From: Eggerthellaceae bacterium UBA5808
GTDB lineage: Bacteria; Actinomycetota; Coriobacteriia; Coriobacteriales; Eggerthellaceae
Assembly (NCBI GenBank): GCA_002417975.1
Contig: DIDE01000061.1
Coordinates: 828 to 64,827, forward strand
Length of the DNA stretch: 64,000 nucleotides
Direction of reading: 5' to 3'
Part shown: one piece after another, positions 29,632 to 39,117 of the stretch
Layout: each line of letters opens with the position of its first letter
How positions within the stretch are numbered: the stretch's first letter is position 1
Position numbers and translations under genes: made by a program
The notes under the pieces: model-generated
Told to the model about the DNA's origin: nothing
What the model saw: the letters and a program-made list of their open reading frames with translations, nothing else
Databases searched by the model: none

Positions 29632-30465
29632 CTAATTTAGGCTGTCGACCCATCCGGGGCGCTCGACACGCATTTTTTGGATACCGTGACCAAAAATGTT
29701 TGATGTTCCGCCGCGCATAATAGCGTGACGTGCTTGTTCAGGATCATCGACGATCGACCCCGCCATGCAATCGACGCCGTACTTGAACAGCACAGGCGCA
29801 GGAACAACGCTTGGTCCAACAAGGACTGTGCTTCCGCTGCGCGATAATTCAAGTAGCCGCGGCATAGTCTTATTGGTGAGCGTGATGCCGGTCATAAACG
29901 TAAAGTCTTGCGAGGGGACAAGGTATTCGCACCCTGGGTCAGGAACATCGTCTCCGTGTGGATTGCGCTCGAGCACGGTCAGATCACATTGATCAGCGAG
30001 GCGCTCGATCAACGGGAAATGTCCAACAACGGTAACCTTTTTCCCTTGGCATACACGTTGATATAAATCGAACCCGTCGTTTGAATGGTGCTCCTCGATC
30101 TTCATTCCTGCTGCTTTTGCATGCTCAGGCGTTGAATACCATGCGTTAAGTGCAGCAACGCCAACGCTTGCACTAAGGAAGTTCCAACTCGTGCATTGGC
30201 AGGCAACATCACGCAAAGTCATATGGAGGGCGCGATCTGCAAGTGCAAAATTTCCGGTGCCTCCGGTGACGGCAAGTGCCATGCCGCTTCCACTTTCGGC
30301 CTTAAGATAAACCCAATGCTGACCGATCTCTAAATCGAGAACACCTATATCTTCTGGAATACCAGAAATCAAATCCTTGTAGAGGTTCCATGGTGTAGGA
30401 AGCTGCTCGATTGTTTGCCAATCTGGGAGACGATCAATCTGGGACGAATGATGTTGGCAAGTCAT
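29632..30465 (-). CDS. DUF364/DUF4213-like protein (putative Rossmann-like chelation domain family)
   Basis: SASVGVAALNAWYS, GKKVTVVGHFPLIERL, and LTVLERNP...FTFMTGITLTNKTMPRLLEL...VLVGPSVVPAPVLFKYGVDCMAGSIV match my recollection of the family consensus. The likely start is MTCQHH at 30465. Confidence 0.65.
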   Translation of the reverse strand: MTCQHHSSQIDRLPDWQTIEQLPTPWNLYKDLISGIPEDIGVLDLEIGQHWVYLKAESGSGMALAVTGGTGNFALADRALHMTLRDVACQCTSWNFLSASVGVAALNAWYSTPEHAKAAGMKIEEHHSNDGFDLYQRVCQGKKVTVVGHFPLIERLADQCDLTVLERNPHGDDVPDPGCEYLVPSQDFTFMTGITLTNKTMPRLLELSRSGSTVLVGPSVVPAPVLFKYGVDCMAGSIVDDPEQARHAIMRGGTSNIFGHGIQKMRVERPGWVDSLN

Positions 30466-30789
30466 GTAAAACTCCTTGGTAGGATGTGTAAATGCATTCC
30501 TATTATTGTCGAGCAAGGATAGAAAGTTGTCTAGAGTGGGTCCTCATAGTTTATCTAGAAAGATTGGCTTTGCTTGTCTAGCTGGTGAAGTGAGTAAACT
30601 GCAGAAGTGTGATGGTCTATCTGTCTCGATTGACCTATTGTTCATTTAGGGGTGCTGTATCTAATTGTTCAATCGTGCATCATTTCGACGTGGTATCTAA
30701 CTAATTGCGTATGTGTGCTCTAAAGAATGCGTTTGGTGGAATAGTATAGATACTATAAAGGTATATGTGCGCAGATATAAGGGGGTACC

Positions 30790-31743
30790 ATGTCTGGAAA
30801 GCTTGATTCGGTTATCGAAAAACCAGCATTTTTATGTGGGCATGACAATCCAAAGAAAGGATGGTTTTGGCTTGTTGAGATACTAGTTTTTGATGTTGTC
30901 ATTGCTGTCTTTTATGCGTCAATATGTGGGACTGCATATGTGGCAATGCCTCTTGTCTACGGTCTGTTCGGCGAGGTTTCCGATGTGAAGGTAGCCCTGT
31001 TTAATTTCTGCATGATAGTTTCCATTCTGATTATTGTTTTTGTATTCGGACGGGTACTCCAGAAAAGAACAGCGCGGAGTTTTGGGTTCGTCGCGCATCA
31101 TGCGGTGCGATCCTATGCTGTCGGTTTAGTGTTCGGGCTTACTGCGTTTGGTTGTGCAGTGGGCATTGCAGTTGCGTGTGGTAGCTTAACGATTGATCGT
31201 GTTGTAATGAGCGGAAGCGTGGGCATGCTCACCGTGCTGTTTCTCTCGTTTTGCGTGCAGTCTATGGCTGAAGAAGTGTTGTGCCGCGGATATTTTATCG
31301 GATCATTTTCCCGTCGCTATCCCGTTGTTGTAGCTGTTGTTGTTAGTTCCCTTATGTTTAGTTCGCTTCATATTCTTAATTCAGGCGTAACGGCTCTGCC
31401 GTTGATAAACCTTGTGGGGTTTGGCATATTTGCGGCACTCTATTACTTGTATACGGAAAATATTTGGGGCGTTGCTGCATTCCACGCAATGTGGAATTTT
31501 GCTCAGGGCGATATCTTTGGTGTTCTTGTTAGTGGGGGATCGATTGATACTTCGGTGCTAGGGTCAACATCTGTTGCTGGATATGAGCTGATAAACGGTG
31601 GCGCTTTTGGACTTGAAGGTGGGTTAGCCGTTTCGGCGGTTTTGGCAGTTGCGATTATCATCATGATTGTGCTTATGCGTCGGAAGAAGCGAGCAAAGGT
31701 TGCGCGTCACTTGTCTGAAGATTTATCGTCGCAGATAAGATGA
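30790..31743 (+). CDS. CPBP-family intramembrane glutamic endopeptidase (CAAX protease/Abi-like)
   Basis: Multi-TM protein with the three CPBP motifs: EEVLCRGY, FSSLH and HAMWNF. Confidence 0.85.
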   Translation: MSGKLDSVIEKPAFLCGHDNPKKGWFWLVEILVFDVVIAVFYASICGTAYVAMPLVYGLFGEVSDVKVALFNFCMIVSILIIVFVFGRVLQKRTARSFGFVAHHAVRSYAVGLVFGLTAFGCAVGIAVACGSLTIDRVVMSGSVGMLTVLFLSFCVQSMAEEVLCRGYFIGSFSRRYPVVVAVVVSSLMFSSLHILNSGVTALPLINLVGFGIFAALYYLYTENIWGVAAFHAMWNFAQGDIFGVLVSGGSIDTSVLGSTSVAGYELINGGAFGLEGGLAVSAVLAVAIIIMIVLMRRKKRAKVARHLSEDLSSQIR

Positions 31744-31821
31744 GAAATTTCATTATTTGCTACTAAAATATAGCAATTGGTGTACTTTATATACCTGTCC
31801 ATAGAAAGAAGAGGCAAGTAT

Positions 31822-32679
31822 ATGATAAAGGGAAAAAAGAAAACAGGACTAATAATAGCAATAGTAGCGATTATTGTTATCGCTATTGTTGCTATTGGCT
31901 TATGGTTTACTCAAATTAAAATGCCATATGATAAGGTAATGAATGAATATAATCCTGTTTATAAAGCAACTGTTGAGAAAAATAGTGAGCTAGAAACCTC
32001 AATTCAAAGCGCGCAGGATGATTTGGATCAAGGGAATACTCCTCTTGATGTTAATACTGTGTCAAGTGTACAAATTACTGTTGGTAATGCTCAGGAATCT
32101 GAAGTGCAAATTCCTGAGCATCCGGGTACAACGGCTGAGGCGCAAGATCTGATCGACAAGTATAGTAATACGGTTGATTACACATCAGTCATGAATGAGC
32201 TTGCGGCTGCTCAAAAGTCTTATGATGATAGCTGCCAATCATTTAATCAAGTTAATAATCCCTCATCAAGTTTTGTAGAAAGCAGACTTGTTGGGCTTGC
32301 AAATATTACCGCTGTTGAAGCAGCAACAGAAAACAGAGATCCAAATAAGCAAATGAATAAAGACGGAGGCTATACTGCAGCGGTCTACTTCACTTCAGAT
32401 CTTATTGATCCAAGCAAGGTATCTGCCGAAACAGAATATGGCAATGGTCCGGTAGCATTAGGAACATCTGCAGGTGGATGCATTGAGGTGTTTAAAACGG
32501 CTGATGATGCTCAAAAACGCTGCACATACTTATCTGCCTTTGATGGTGCTGGTGCATTTAATTCTGGCTCTCATACAATAATCGGGACCGTTCTTATTCG
32601 CACGTCAAATTATCTGACTGCAAGCCAGCAAACAACAATAACAAACGAAATAGTGTCGAGTCTAACGGCGATAAAATAA
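31822..32679 (+). CDS. N-terminally membrane-anchored extracytoplasmic protein, function unknown
   Basis: ATG at 31822 follows a GAAGAGG RBS. MIKGKKKTGLIIAIVAIIVIAIVAIGLWF is a signal anchor. No catalytic motif recognised. Confidence 0.6.
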   Translation: MIKGKKKTGLIIAIVAIIVIAIVAIGLWFTQIKMPYDKVMNEYNPVYKATVEKNSELETSIQSAQDDLDQGNTPLDVNTVSSVQITVGNAQESEVQIPEHPGTTAEAQDLIDKYSNTVDYTSVMNELAAAQKSYDDSCQSFNQVNNPSSSFVESRLVGLANITAVEAATENRDPNKQMNKDGGYTAAVYFTSDLIDPSKVSAETEYGNGPVALGTSAGGCIEVFKTADDAQKRCTYLSAFDGAGAFNSGSHTIIGTVLIRTSNYLTASQQTTITNEIVSSLTAIK

Positions 32680-32846
32680 TCTATTATTTCTAAAGTTATC
32701 TGTGCTGTTAAGCGCATCAACTGAACAATTGAATTGTTGTGGACATTAGACGAGCTAGCTCGAGGAATGTAATTCCTTTGGTTGGCTCGTTTTAATGTAT
32801 TTGGTTTTGTAACAAGTTGCTAGTCAGCTAATAAAGACTGCACATG

Positions 32847-34373
32847 CTAAACCCTAAACAGGGCAGACAATTCGCTACGTGAGTGAACATTGCATTTAGC
32901 GTAAATATTCTTGAGGTGAAACTTTACCGTGCTCTCGCTCATTATGAGTTCTGCGGCGATATCCCCATTACTCATACCTTGCACTACCAAAGGAACAATT
33001 TGACGCTCACGTGCGGTGAATCCGTACTCATCGGCAGTACGGGCGCGTTGAGCGCTTGCGGCGCGGGCGGTCTGTTCGGGTGTTAATTGTTCTGGCATTG
33101 CTTTAGCAACTTCTTGCACGGCGCGAATTGCTTCATCAGCTGTTTGGCGCAGCGTCCGTTGATGAAGGTGTGAACTGACGATATAGAACACGGTGAATAA
33201 AGCAATGCTAATGATGGACACACTTGTTATCGTAGAAAAGTTCATGCTAACGCTGGAATGAAGAATAATGCCCGCATACATGCCGATTGTTCCTTCGGCA
33301 ATAAGCATGCCTACCGCAAATGAGGGAACGGTGCGCAATCCAAACCGCTGGACTAATTGCACTAAGATAATCCACGCCATTCCGTAAAGGCAGTTAGCGG
33401 CTGCATATACAAGTGCGATAGGCAGAATAAGACTATTTAATACGCCTGTAGAAAATAGCAGTAGACCTGCAATAAGTAATAGAAGGACAGGGAAAAAGAA
33501 CGTTACAACATCCTTTGCTTTACTAAAATGAGCCCACAATGCCAAGGCTACCATCATAACCATGGTGATGATACTGAAGTAGAGCGTTATAGATCCCGAA
33601 TTAATTGCATAAGGTTGAGCGACAACGCCCGCAAAGAATTGTGCCACGAGCGCAGAGAGAGCAAACACACTCAAAAACGGCCATGGAAACGGTTGCTTAA
33701 TCATAGCCAAACTTGCTTGAAGTGCTGTTTGAGCTGCTGCGCCGTTAGCTGTATCTGATTGAGCATTTGCGTGATTTGCTGAGGCTTTACGAAGATTTGC
33801 ACTATCCTGCGCATCTTGATGAGTAAACAATGATGCGGAATTTGGGCGGGATGTGATATAGAGCGCGCAAACTCCGGCTCCAATAGGTGTCAGTGTTAGC
33901 AACACAGGTAAAAGCCAGCTATACCAACGGGCCATAAGAACAATAGCCATTGTTGCTATTACGGCACAGCTTACAAAGCGGATGACATTGCGCCATGAAC
34001 AGGCGCAAAGAATGCGTGCCCAAATAGGGAGCAAGATAACTGCTCCAACGCTTTGGATGCAGACGCAGAAGACACTCGCTGATTCGTCGGTAATGACAGT
34101 CATAATCAAGCCGGCTATTCCCGATGCGACGATTGCAAAAAGGACTATACGATGTTGAGGCAGCCATGTTCTTTTGAATGAGACTATCGCGAGTGCAGCT
34201 AATGCTGCTGCATAAACTCCGCCCGTAATAAGGCAGGAATTATATACTGCAACGTCTTGGACTAAAACGACATTCTGAATCAACCGATCCCATGCAATAA
34301 GGCATGCTAATCCTACGCATACACATACATGCATGCGCGGATCGGTAGGGAATGTTGGTTTTACTTCAGACAA
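32847..34373 (-). CDS. Membrane-embedded LuxR-family transcriptional regulator
   Basis: About 10 predicted TM segments, followed by a C-terminal LuxR HTH (FTARERQIVPLVVQGMSNGDIAAELIMSESTVKFHLKNIYAKCNV). Confidence 0.85.
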   Translation of the reverse strand: MSEVKPTFPTDPRMHVCVCVGLACLIAWDRLIQNVVLVQDVAVYNSCLITGGVYAAALAALAIVSFKRTWLPQHRIVLFAIVASGIAGLIMTVITDESASVFCVCIQSVGAVILLPIWARILCACSWRNVIRFVSCAVIATMAIVLMARWYSWLLPVLLTLTPIGAGVCALYITSRPNSASLFTHQDAQDSANLRKASANHANAQSDTANGAAAQTALQASLAMIKQPFPWPFLSVFALSALVAQFFAGVVAQPYAINSGSITLYFSIITMVMMVALALWAHFSKAKDVVTFFFPVLLLLIAGLLLFSTGVLNSLILPIALVYAAANCLYGMAWIILVQLVQRFGLRTVPSFAVGMLIAEGTIGMYAGIILHSSVSMNFSTITSVSIISIALFTVFYIVSSHLHQRTLRQTADEAIRAVQEVAKAMPEQLTPEQTARAASAQRARTADEYGFTARERQIVPLVVQGMSNGDIAAELIMSESTVKFHLKNIYAKCNVHSRSELSALFRV

Positions 34374-34654
34374 TTACTGCGCTTTCGTAAAAGGGAACGT
34401 GTGACATATTGAATTAGCTTGTGTTGGGAATGATACGACAAAGCAAAGGTTTGTGCACGGAAAACATTATTCTCAATCGAAAATAATAGGTAAAATTACG
34501 CGGATAGGGTAAAACCTATCCGGATTGGGTAGGTTACAAAAGCTAATTTCAACACTATAGTATGCAAATTGATGAATATTCTACTGAAAGAATAATTTGT
34601 CGTAAGCAATAATAGGGCTCGGGGACCCGAGCGAAGTTAAGGGGGCTTTTCTTT

Positions 34655-35551
34655 ATGAACGAGAGTTCTACACGATCGCACATGAAGCTATGGGTAGCGC
34701 TTGCAGCTGTACTGCTTGCTGTTGCTTGCTGCTTCGCAGTAACTCCAAAGGCGTATGCAAGTGGGGTTGACTGGAACAATAGCGTAACGGTTGATGCTAC
34801 GGCTAATCCATATGATGCAACCGCATCAGGAACAGAGCGGAACCAGACGATTAATGTAGTAATGACATTTTCAGCTGCATTGCCTAGCTCTATCAGTTCT
34901 GATGATGCGCAATCATATCTTCAATCACATACCACTATTGCGGGACGTGCACTAAGCGGTACGTATAACCGAGCTATTACCAATGTTTCTGTAAATAGGA
35001 ACGAGATTGCTTTTACTGTTGGTCCTAACACGGCAGGCATGACGGCAATCTACTCTGGCGAATTTAAAGTAACAGCAGACGCTGATGCTAATAGTGCGTT
35101 CGCAAGTGCTATGGGCGGACAACCAGTTGAGACTCTTATTAATACTGGGCTGGGACTTACGGTAATAAATAGTAGTGATCAAAAAACGGCAACTATAGTA
35201 GTTTCGTCATTACCTAAGTGCCGGGCGATGAATTTCTTCCTTCTCTCGGACGGATCAGATTATATGTTTACAAATGGCTCGTCTGCTGATGGTAATGGTT
35301 TGACTATTCACTCTCATATGTTTTTCCAACAGACGGCAGCAAATTATGCAGCTGAGATTGTAAATGCTGCTAATAATGCTGGCGCTGCAGATCTTGGCTA
35401 TACGTTCCAAGTAGAAAATGGAAATGTCAAAATTGCTAAGACTGACGGAAGTGCAATGTCAGGTATTAATGCGGTGATTTATGATGGCAATTATTTAAAT
35501 CAGAATAGGCTTGCGGTTGGCACTACGACAGAACAGCCCATGCAAAATTAA
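34655..35551 (+). CDS. Secreted protein of unknown function
   Basis: 298 aa. Signal peptide MKLWVALAAVLLAVACCFAVTPKAYA. AAGGGGG RBS before 34655. Confidence 0.65.
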   Translation: MNESSTRSHMKLWVALAAVLLAVACCFAVTPKAYASGVDWNNSVTVDATANPYDATASGTERNQTINVVMTFSAALPSSISSDDAQSYLQSHTTIAGRALSGTYNRAITNVSVNRNEIAFTVGPNTAGMTAIYSGEFKVTADADANSAFASAMGGQPVETLINTGLGLTVINSSDQKTATIVVSSLPKCRAMNFFLLSDGSDYMFTNGSSADGNGLTIHSHMFFQQTAANYAAEIVNAANNAGAADLGYTFQVENGNVKIAKTDGSAMSGINAVIYDGNYLNQNRLAVGTTTEQPMQN

Positions 35552-35628
35552 GATGTATTTAGAGACTTCCCCCTTCGGCATTCATGTTGAGGGGGAAGCT
35601 CCTGTATTTACTAAAAAGGAAGGAAAGT

Positions 35629-35934
35629 ATGAGGTACTGTCGAACATGCAATAAGTTAGCGATATTGGTTTTTATAACAATCCTCGTATTCGGTGCTATC
35701 CAGCTAATAGGTACTAATAGTGCATATGCAGATACAGCTGGAGCGGTATCTTGCCACGTTGATTCAAAAAGAGCTCCCGTCGGGAAGGTAACTGTTGATT
35801 ACGATGCGCCATCGGGAACATTAACATTTTCTGGCTCTGGAACAGTTGGTGGGTTAAGAAATAGATTTTACACTGATCAGCTACCTGATTCAGTAAATGC
35901 AGAGAAGATATTAGTTGACGTTAAAAAATTGTGA
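35629..35934 (+). CDS. Signal-peptide-bearing N-terminal fragment of the LRR surface protein (frame-disrupted at an A6 tract)
   Basis: MRYCRTCNKLAILVFITILVFGAIQLIGTNSAYA is a signal peptide. The ORF ends at TGA 35932-35934, immediately after AAAAAA at 35923-35928. Confidence 0.6.
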   Translation: MRYCRTCNKLAILVFITILVFGAIQLIGTNSAYADTAGAVSCHVDSKRAPVGKVTVDYDAPSGTLTFSGSGTVGGLRNRFYTDQLPDSVNAEKILVDVKKL

Positions 35935-38900
35935 TACAACAAGGCGTAACAGTAAAAGATCCGTATTTTAGTAAATCTATTACAATGTATGGCGCAATGT
36001 TCTCAAATTTAAAGAGCATTGTTGTAGAAGATGGTGCTGTTGTCAAAGATAAGAAACTAAAAGAGTATATAGCAAATTTATCTGATTCAAATGTTACCGA
36101 TGAGCAGGGTATAACGTATAAAGATTCTACAAAGTCAAAAGTGATTTCGGTGGTGCCAACTGGATCCTCGATTATGCTTCCATCTTCTGTGTCGAGTATT
36201 GCACCTGATGCTTTTACTCAATGCACAGATTCTTTAATCTCGATAAGGGTTTCTGAAAATAATAGTAATTATAAATCTGTAGATGGAGCTCTCTTTAATA
36301 GCGACGGATCATTAGTATATATCCCGCTAGGAATACAAGGCTCTCTTAACTTACCAGAAGGTCTTACGACAATTAAAGCTGAAGATTTACAAAAGCGTTC
36401 AGGGCTAACGGCTTTAACACTTCCATCTAGCTTAACATCTATCGTATGCCATGGTTCCGATGCTGGTGATCTTCCCTTTTACCAAGATAGTAGTTTAAGC
36501 AATATTACCGTAGCAAGCACTAATACAGTGTACTCAGCAGCCGATGGGGTTTTGTATGAAGCAGGAACAGCTGGAACAAAGGTTCTTGATGCTGTACAAA
36601 ATTTACCGAGTGTTGTAGAGGTTCCTGAGGGGGTTACCGATTTAGGCATATGGGTATTCTCTGGTAAAAAAGGGCTTACCAGTATTACATTGCCTGCGTC
36701 TTTGACTAGTCTAAGCCAAGATGCTTTGTATGGGTGCGATCAACTTACCTCTATTAAGTTTCCAGATACTATAAAGAGTATCGCTCTTAAAGGTTGTTCA
36801 GGACTTACATCCTTAGATATTCCCGACGGTGTTACGAGCTTATCAATTTACGATTGTCCAGCGCTCACATCCCTAGATATTCCTGCGAGTGTTGCAAGCA
36901 TTCCTACTTTAGATCATTGTGCGGCGTTGAAATCGATTACCGTTGCAGATGGTGGGCATTTCCGTTTCGATGATGGAGTGCTTTATGACTCAAAAGATAA
37001 TATTATTTTTGAGACAAAATATCCTAATGGACGTGATTATGTCATATTTCCCAAAGGGACGACTACTGCGACGCTTGACGCGAATAAATGTGCTAAAGGG
37101 GATTTCTACGGTAATTCTTTTGCAGCATGCTATAGCACTTTAACAACAATCGTAAGTAATAATCCAGATTACGTTGTAGTGGATGGTGTCCTTTTTTCTT
37201 CCGATATGAAACAGTTGATTAAGGCGCCAACAACATTAACGGGTACCTATATAGTTCCTGACAGTGTTACAAGTATTGCTGCGTTTGCATTTGCAGGATG
37301 CACAAAAGTAAATGCCATTGTGATGCCAAATGCTGGTATAAAAAATATTGGAGCCCGTGCCTTTAGCCAAGTATCCCTAAAATCAGTTCAACTTCCATCA
37401 ACATTATGGCAAGGTAAAAAAGCAACAGATTTTATTGCAGATGCGGCACAGTCATGTATCTATCCTTTATTCTCTATGGCGGATGCTACCTATATATCGC
37501 TTCCTTCAGCAAATGATACTTCTAGTCCAAAAGTGAATCACACACTTGCTGCACTGGATTTTTCGTTATACACGCAAACGTTTTTGCCCAATTATATGTT
37601 TTCGGGGCTGTATGGATTAACGGAAATTTCTCTGCCAAAGAACATTATGTCTATCGGTAATGGCACATTCTTTGCTTGTCCTAATTTGAAGAACGTTTAT
37701 GCATTTAATCAGAACTTGCAGATAGCGACGGCGGGAGAAACGGGCGATCCAACCTTGGGTTGGGTTTCGAGCACACCATCAAGTTTCTCAGCGTTAAACT
37801 CGAAGAATCTGGGAGAGTATGCAACAAATACTGGCATGACGTTCTACGGATTGAATTACACAACAAATACGACCAAAACGTATGCGGATAAATATGGGTG
37901 CACCTTTAAGCCGTTTGCTTTCTTGGGTAATTACAGCGATTCGGCAAAATTGGCTCAAAAGGTCGAAGGCGGAACATCGACGCTCAACTATTTGACGTCT
38001 AGCAACACGGCTTCGATTGCAAGTATGACCTACACGGGTTCAGAATTAACGCCAACCATCACTGTAGATTATGCTGCATCGTCTGATCCAGCTGTTGCGC
38101 AACGAACACTATCACCAGGCAACGACTGCACGGTTGTATATAAAGATTCAGCAGGCAATGCTGTATCAAAAATCGTCAATCCTGGTACATATACCGCTAC
38201 GATAACGGGCGATGAAAAGAGCGTATTTGGCACCACGACCGCAAGCTTTACGGTTGTTGGACCTGCTGGCACCAGTGTAAAGATGAACGATGTATCTGGT
38301 ACGGGCATCACAGCAAATGGATCCTTATGGGGCTCTAATGTTGATAGGAAAGATGCTTCGAACATTCAGCTCGTGGTTGATCCTGTAACATCTGGCGATG
38401 CTTACAATAAGCTGGCAAAAACGCTAGGCGATGGTGACCTGTTGGGAATGTACAACATATTCCTAATGGTTAACGGTACAGAAGTTCATGATAACTTTGG
38501 AACGCTTACACTTTCGTTCCCCGTTGACAGTACGTACAACGGACGCACGGTTACTATCCAGCACCTGCATAAAGACGGATCGGTTACCTCACAACAATCT
38601 GTGGTTGCAAACGGAAAAGTAAAGATTGTCGCGAGCGATTTGTCCGATTTCTCCCTTGAGGTTATGCCGGCATCGGCATCAACAACACCACAAGCAGCTG
38701 GTAAGGGTTCGGGTTCAACGACAACAGCGTCAGGCCAAACTGCTGGTCAGCAATTAGCCCAAACCGCCGCTCAGCAAGCGCAACAAACTCCGCAAACTGC
38801 ACAAACAGTAGCTCAAGGTGCAGGTACGACAACGCAGCCAGCAGCGGCTACGTCGCAAAAGTCGAACGTTAAAACGGGCGATGTTGCTAGTACGTTCCTG

Positions 38901-39002
38901 TGGACACTCGTTCTCTTGTGTGCGGGATCTGCAGCTGCGGCAGTTGGATCGTCGCGCCGTCGTAAGGCTCATGTGGTTAATGAATTACATGTGCTGAAAT
39001 AA
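35931..39002 (+). CDS. BspA-type leucine-rich-repeat cell-surface protein, main body (no signal peptide of its own)
   Basis: Repeated ~22-aa LRR_5-like units (LTSITLPASLTSL, LTSLDIPDGVTSL, LTSLDIPASVASI). The C-terminus has NVKTGD, a hydrophobic segment and RRRK, which looks like a cell-wall sorting signal. Confidence 0.75.
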   Translation: MIQQGVTVKDPYFSKSITMYGAMFSNLKSIVVEDGAVVKDKKLKEYIANLSDSNVTDEQGITYKDSTKSKVISVVPTGSSIMLPSSVSSIAPDAFTQCTDSLISIRVSENNSNYKSVDGALFNSDGSLVYIPLGIQGSLNLPEGLTTIKAEDLQKRSGLTALTLPSSLTSIVCHGSDAGDLPFYQDSSLSNITVASTNTVYSAADGVLYEAGTAGTKVLDAVQNLPSVVEVPEGVTDLGIWVFSGKKGLTSITLPASLTSLSQDALYGCDQLTSIKFPDTIKSIALKGCSGLTSLDIPDGVTSLSIYDCPALTSLDIPASVASIPTLDHCAALKSITVADGGHFRFDDGVLYDSKDNIIFETKYPNGRDYVIFPKGTTTATLDANKCAKGDFYGNSFAACYSTLTTIVSNNPDYVVVDGVLFSSDMKQLIKAPTTLTGTYIVPDSVTSIAAFAFAGCTKVNAIVMPNAGIKNIGARAFSQVSLKSVQLPSTLWQGKKATDFIADAAQSCIYPLFSMADATYISLPSANDTSSPKVNHTLAALDFSLYTQTFLPNYMFSGLYGLTEISLPKNIMSIGNGTFFACPNLKNVYAFNQNLQIATAGETGDPTLGWVSSTPSSFSALNSKNLGEYATNTGMTFYGLNYTTNTTKTYADKYGCTFKPFAFLGNYSDSAKLAQKVEGGTSTLNYLTSSNTASIASMTYTGSELTPTITVDYAASSDPAVAQRTLSPGNDCTVVYKDSAGNAVSKIVNPGTYTATITGDEKSVFGTTTASFTVVGPAGTSVKMNDVSGTGITANGSLWGSNVDRKDASNIQLVVDPVTSGDAYNKLAKTLGDGDLLGMYNIFLMVNGTEVHDNFGTLTLSFPVDSTYNGRTVTIQHLHKDGSVTSQQSVVANGKVKIVASDLSDFSLEVMPASASTTPQAAGKGSGSTTTASGQTAGQQLAQTAAQQAQQTPQTAQTVAQGAGTTTQPAAATSQKSNVKTGDVASTFLWTLVLLCAGSAAAAVGSSRRRKAHVVNELHVLK

Positions 39003-39030
39003 CCAATCACGCATTAACTATGCATGCATG

Positions 39031-39062
39031 CCACAACGCGGGATTTACGTCTCGCGTTGTGG
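39031..39062 (+). terminator. Stable hairpin after the LRR gene (possible terminator/attenuator)
   Basis: CCACAACGCGGGA / TCTCGCGTTGTGG, a 13-bp stem with one G-U pair. No canonical T-run follows. Confidence 0.45.
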
Positions 39063-39117
39063 TGGGGTATGTGGTGCATCCTTCTAGCTTTGAAACCGAA
39101 AAATCGAGGTCTCTTTC

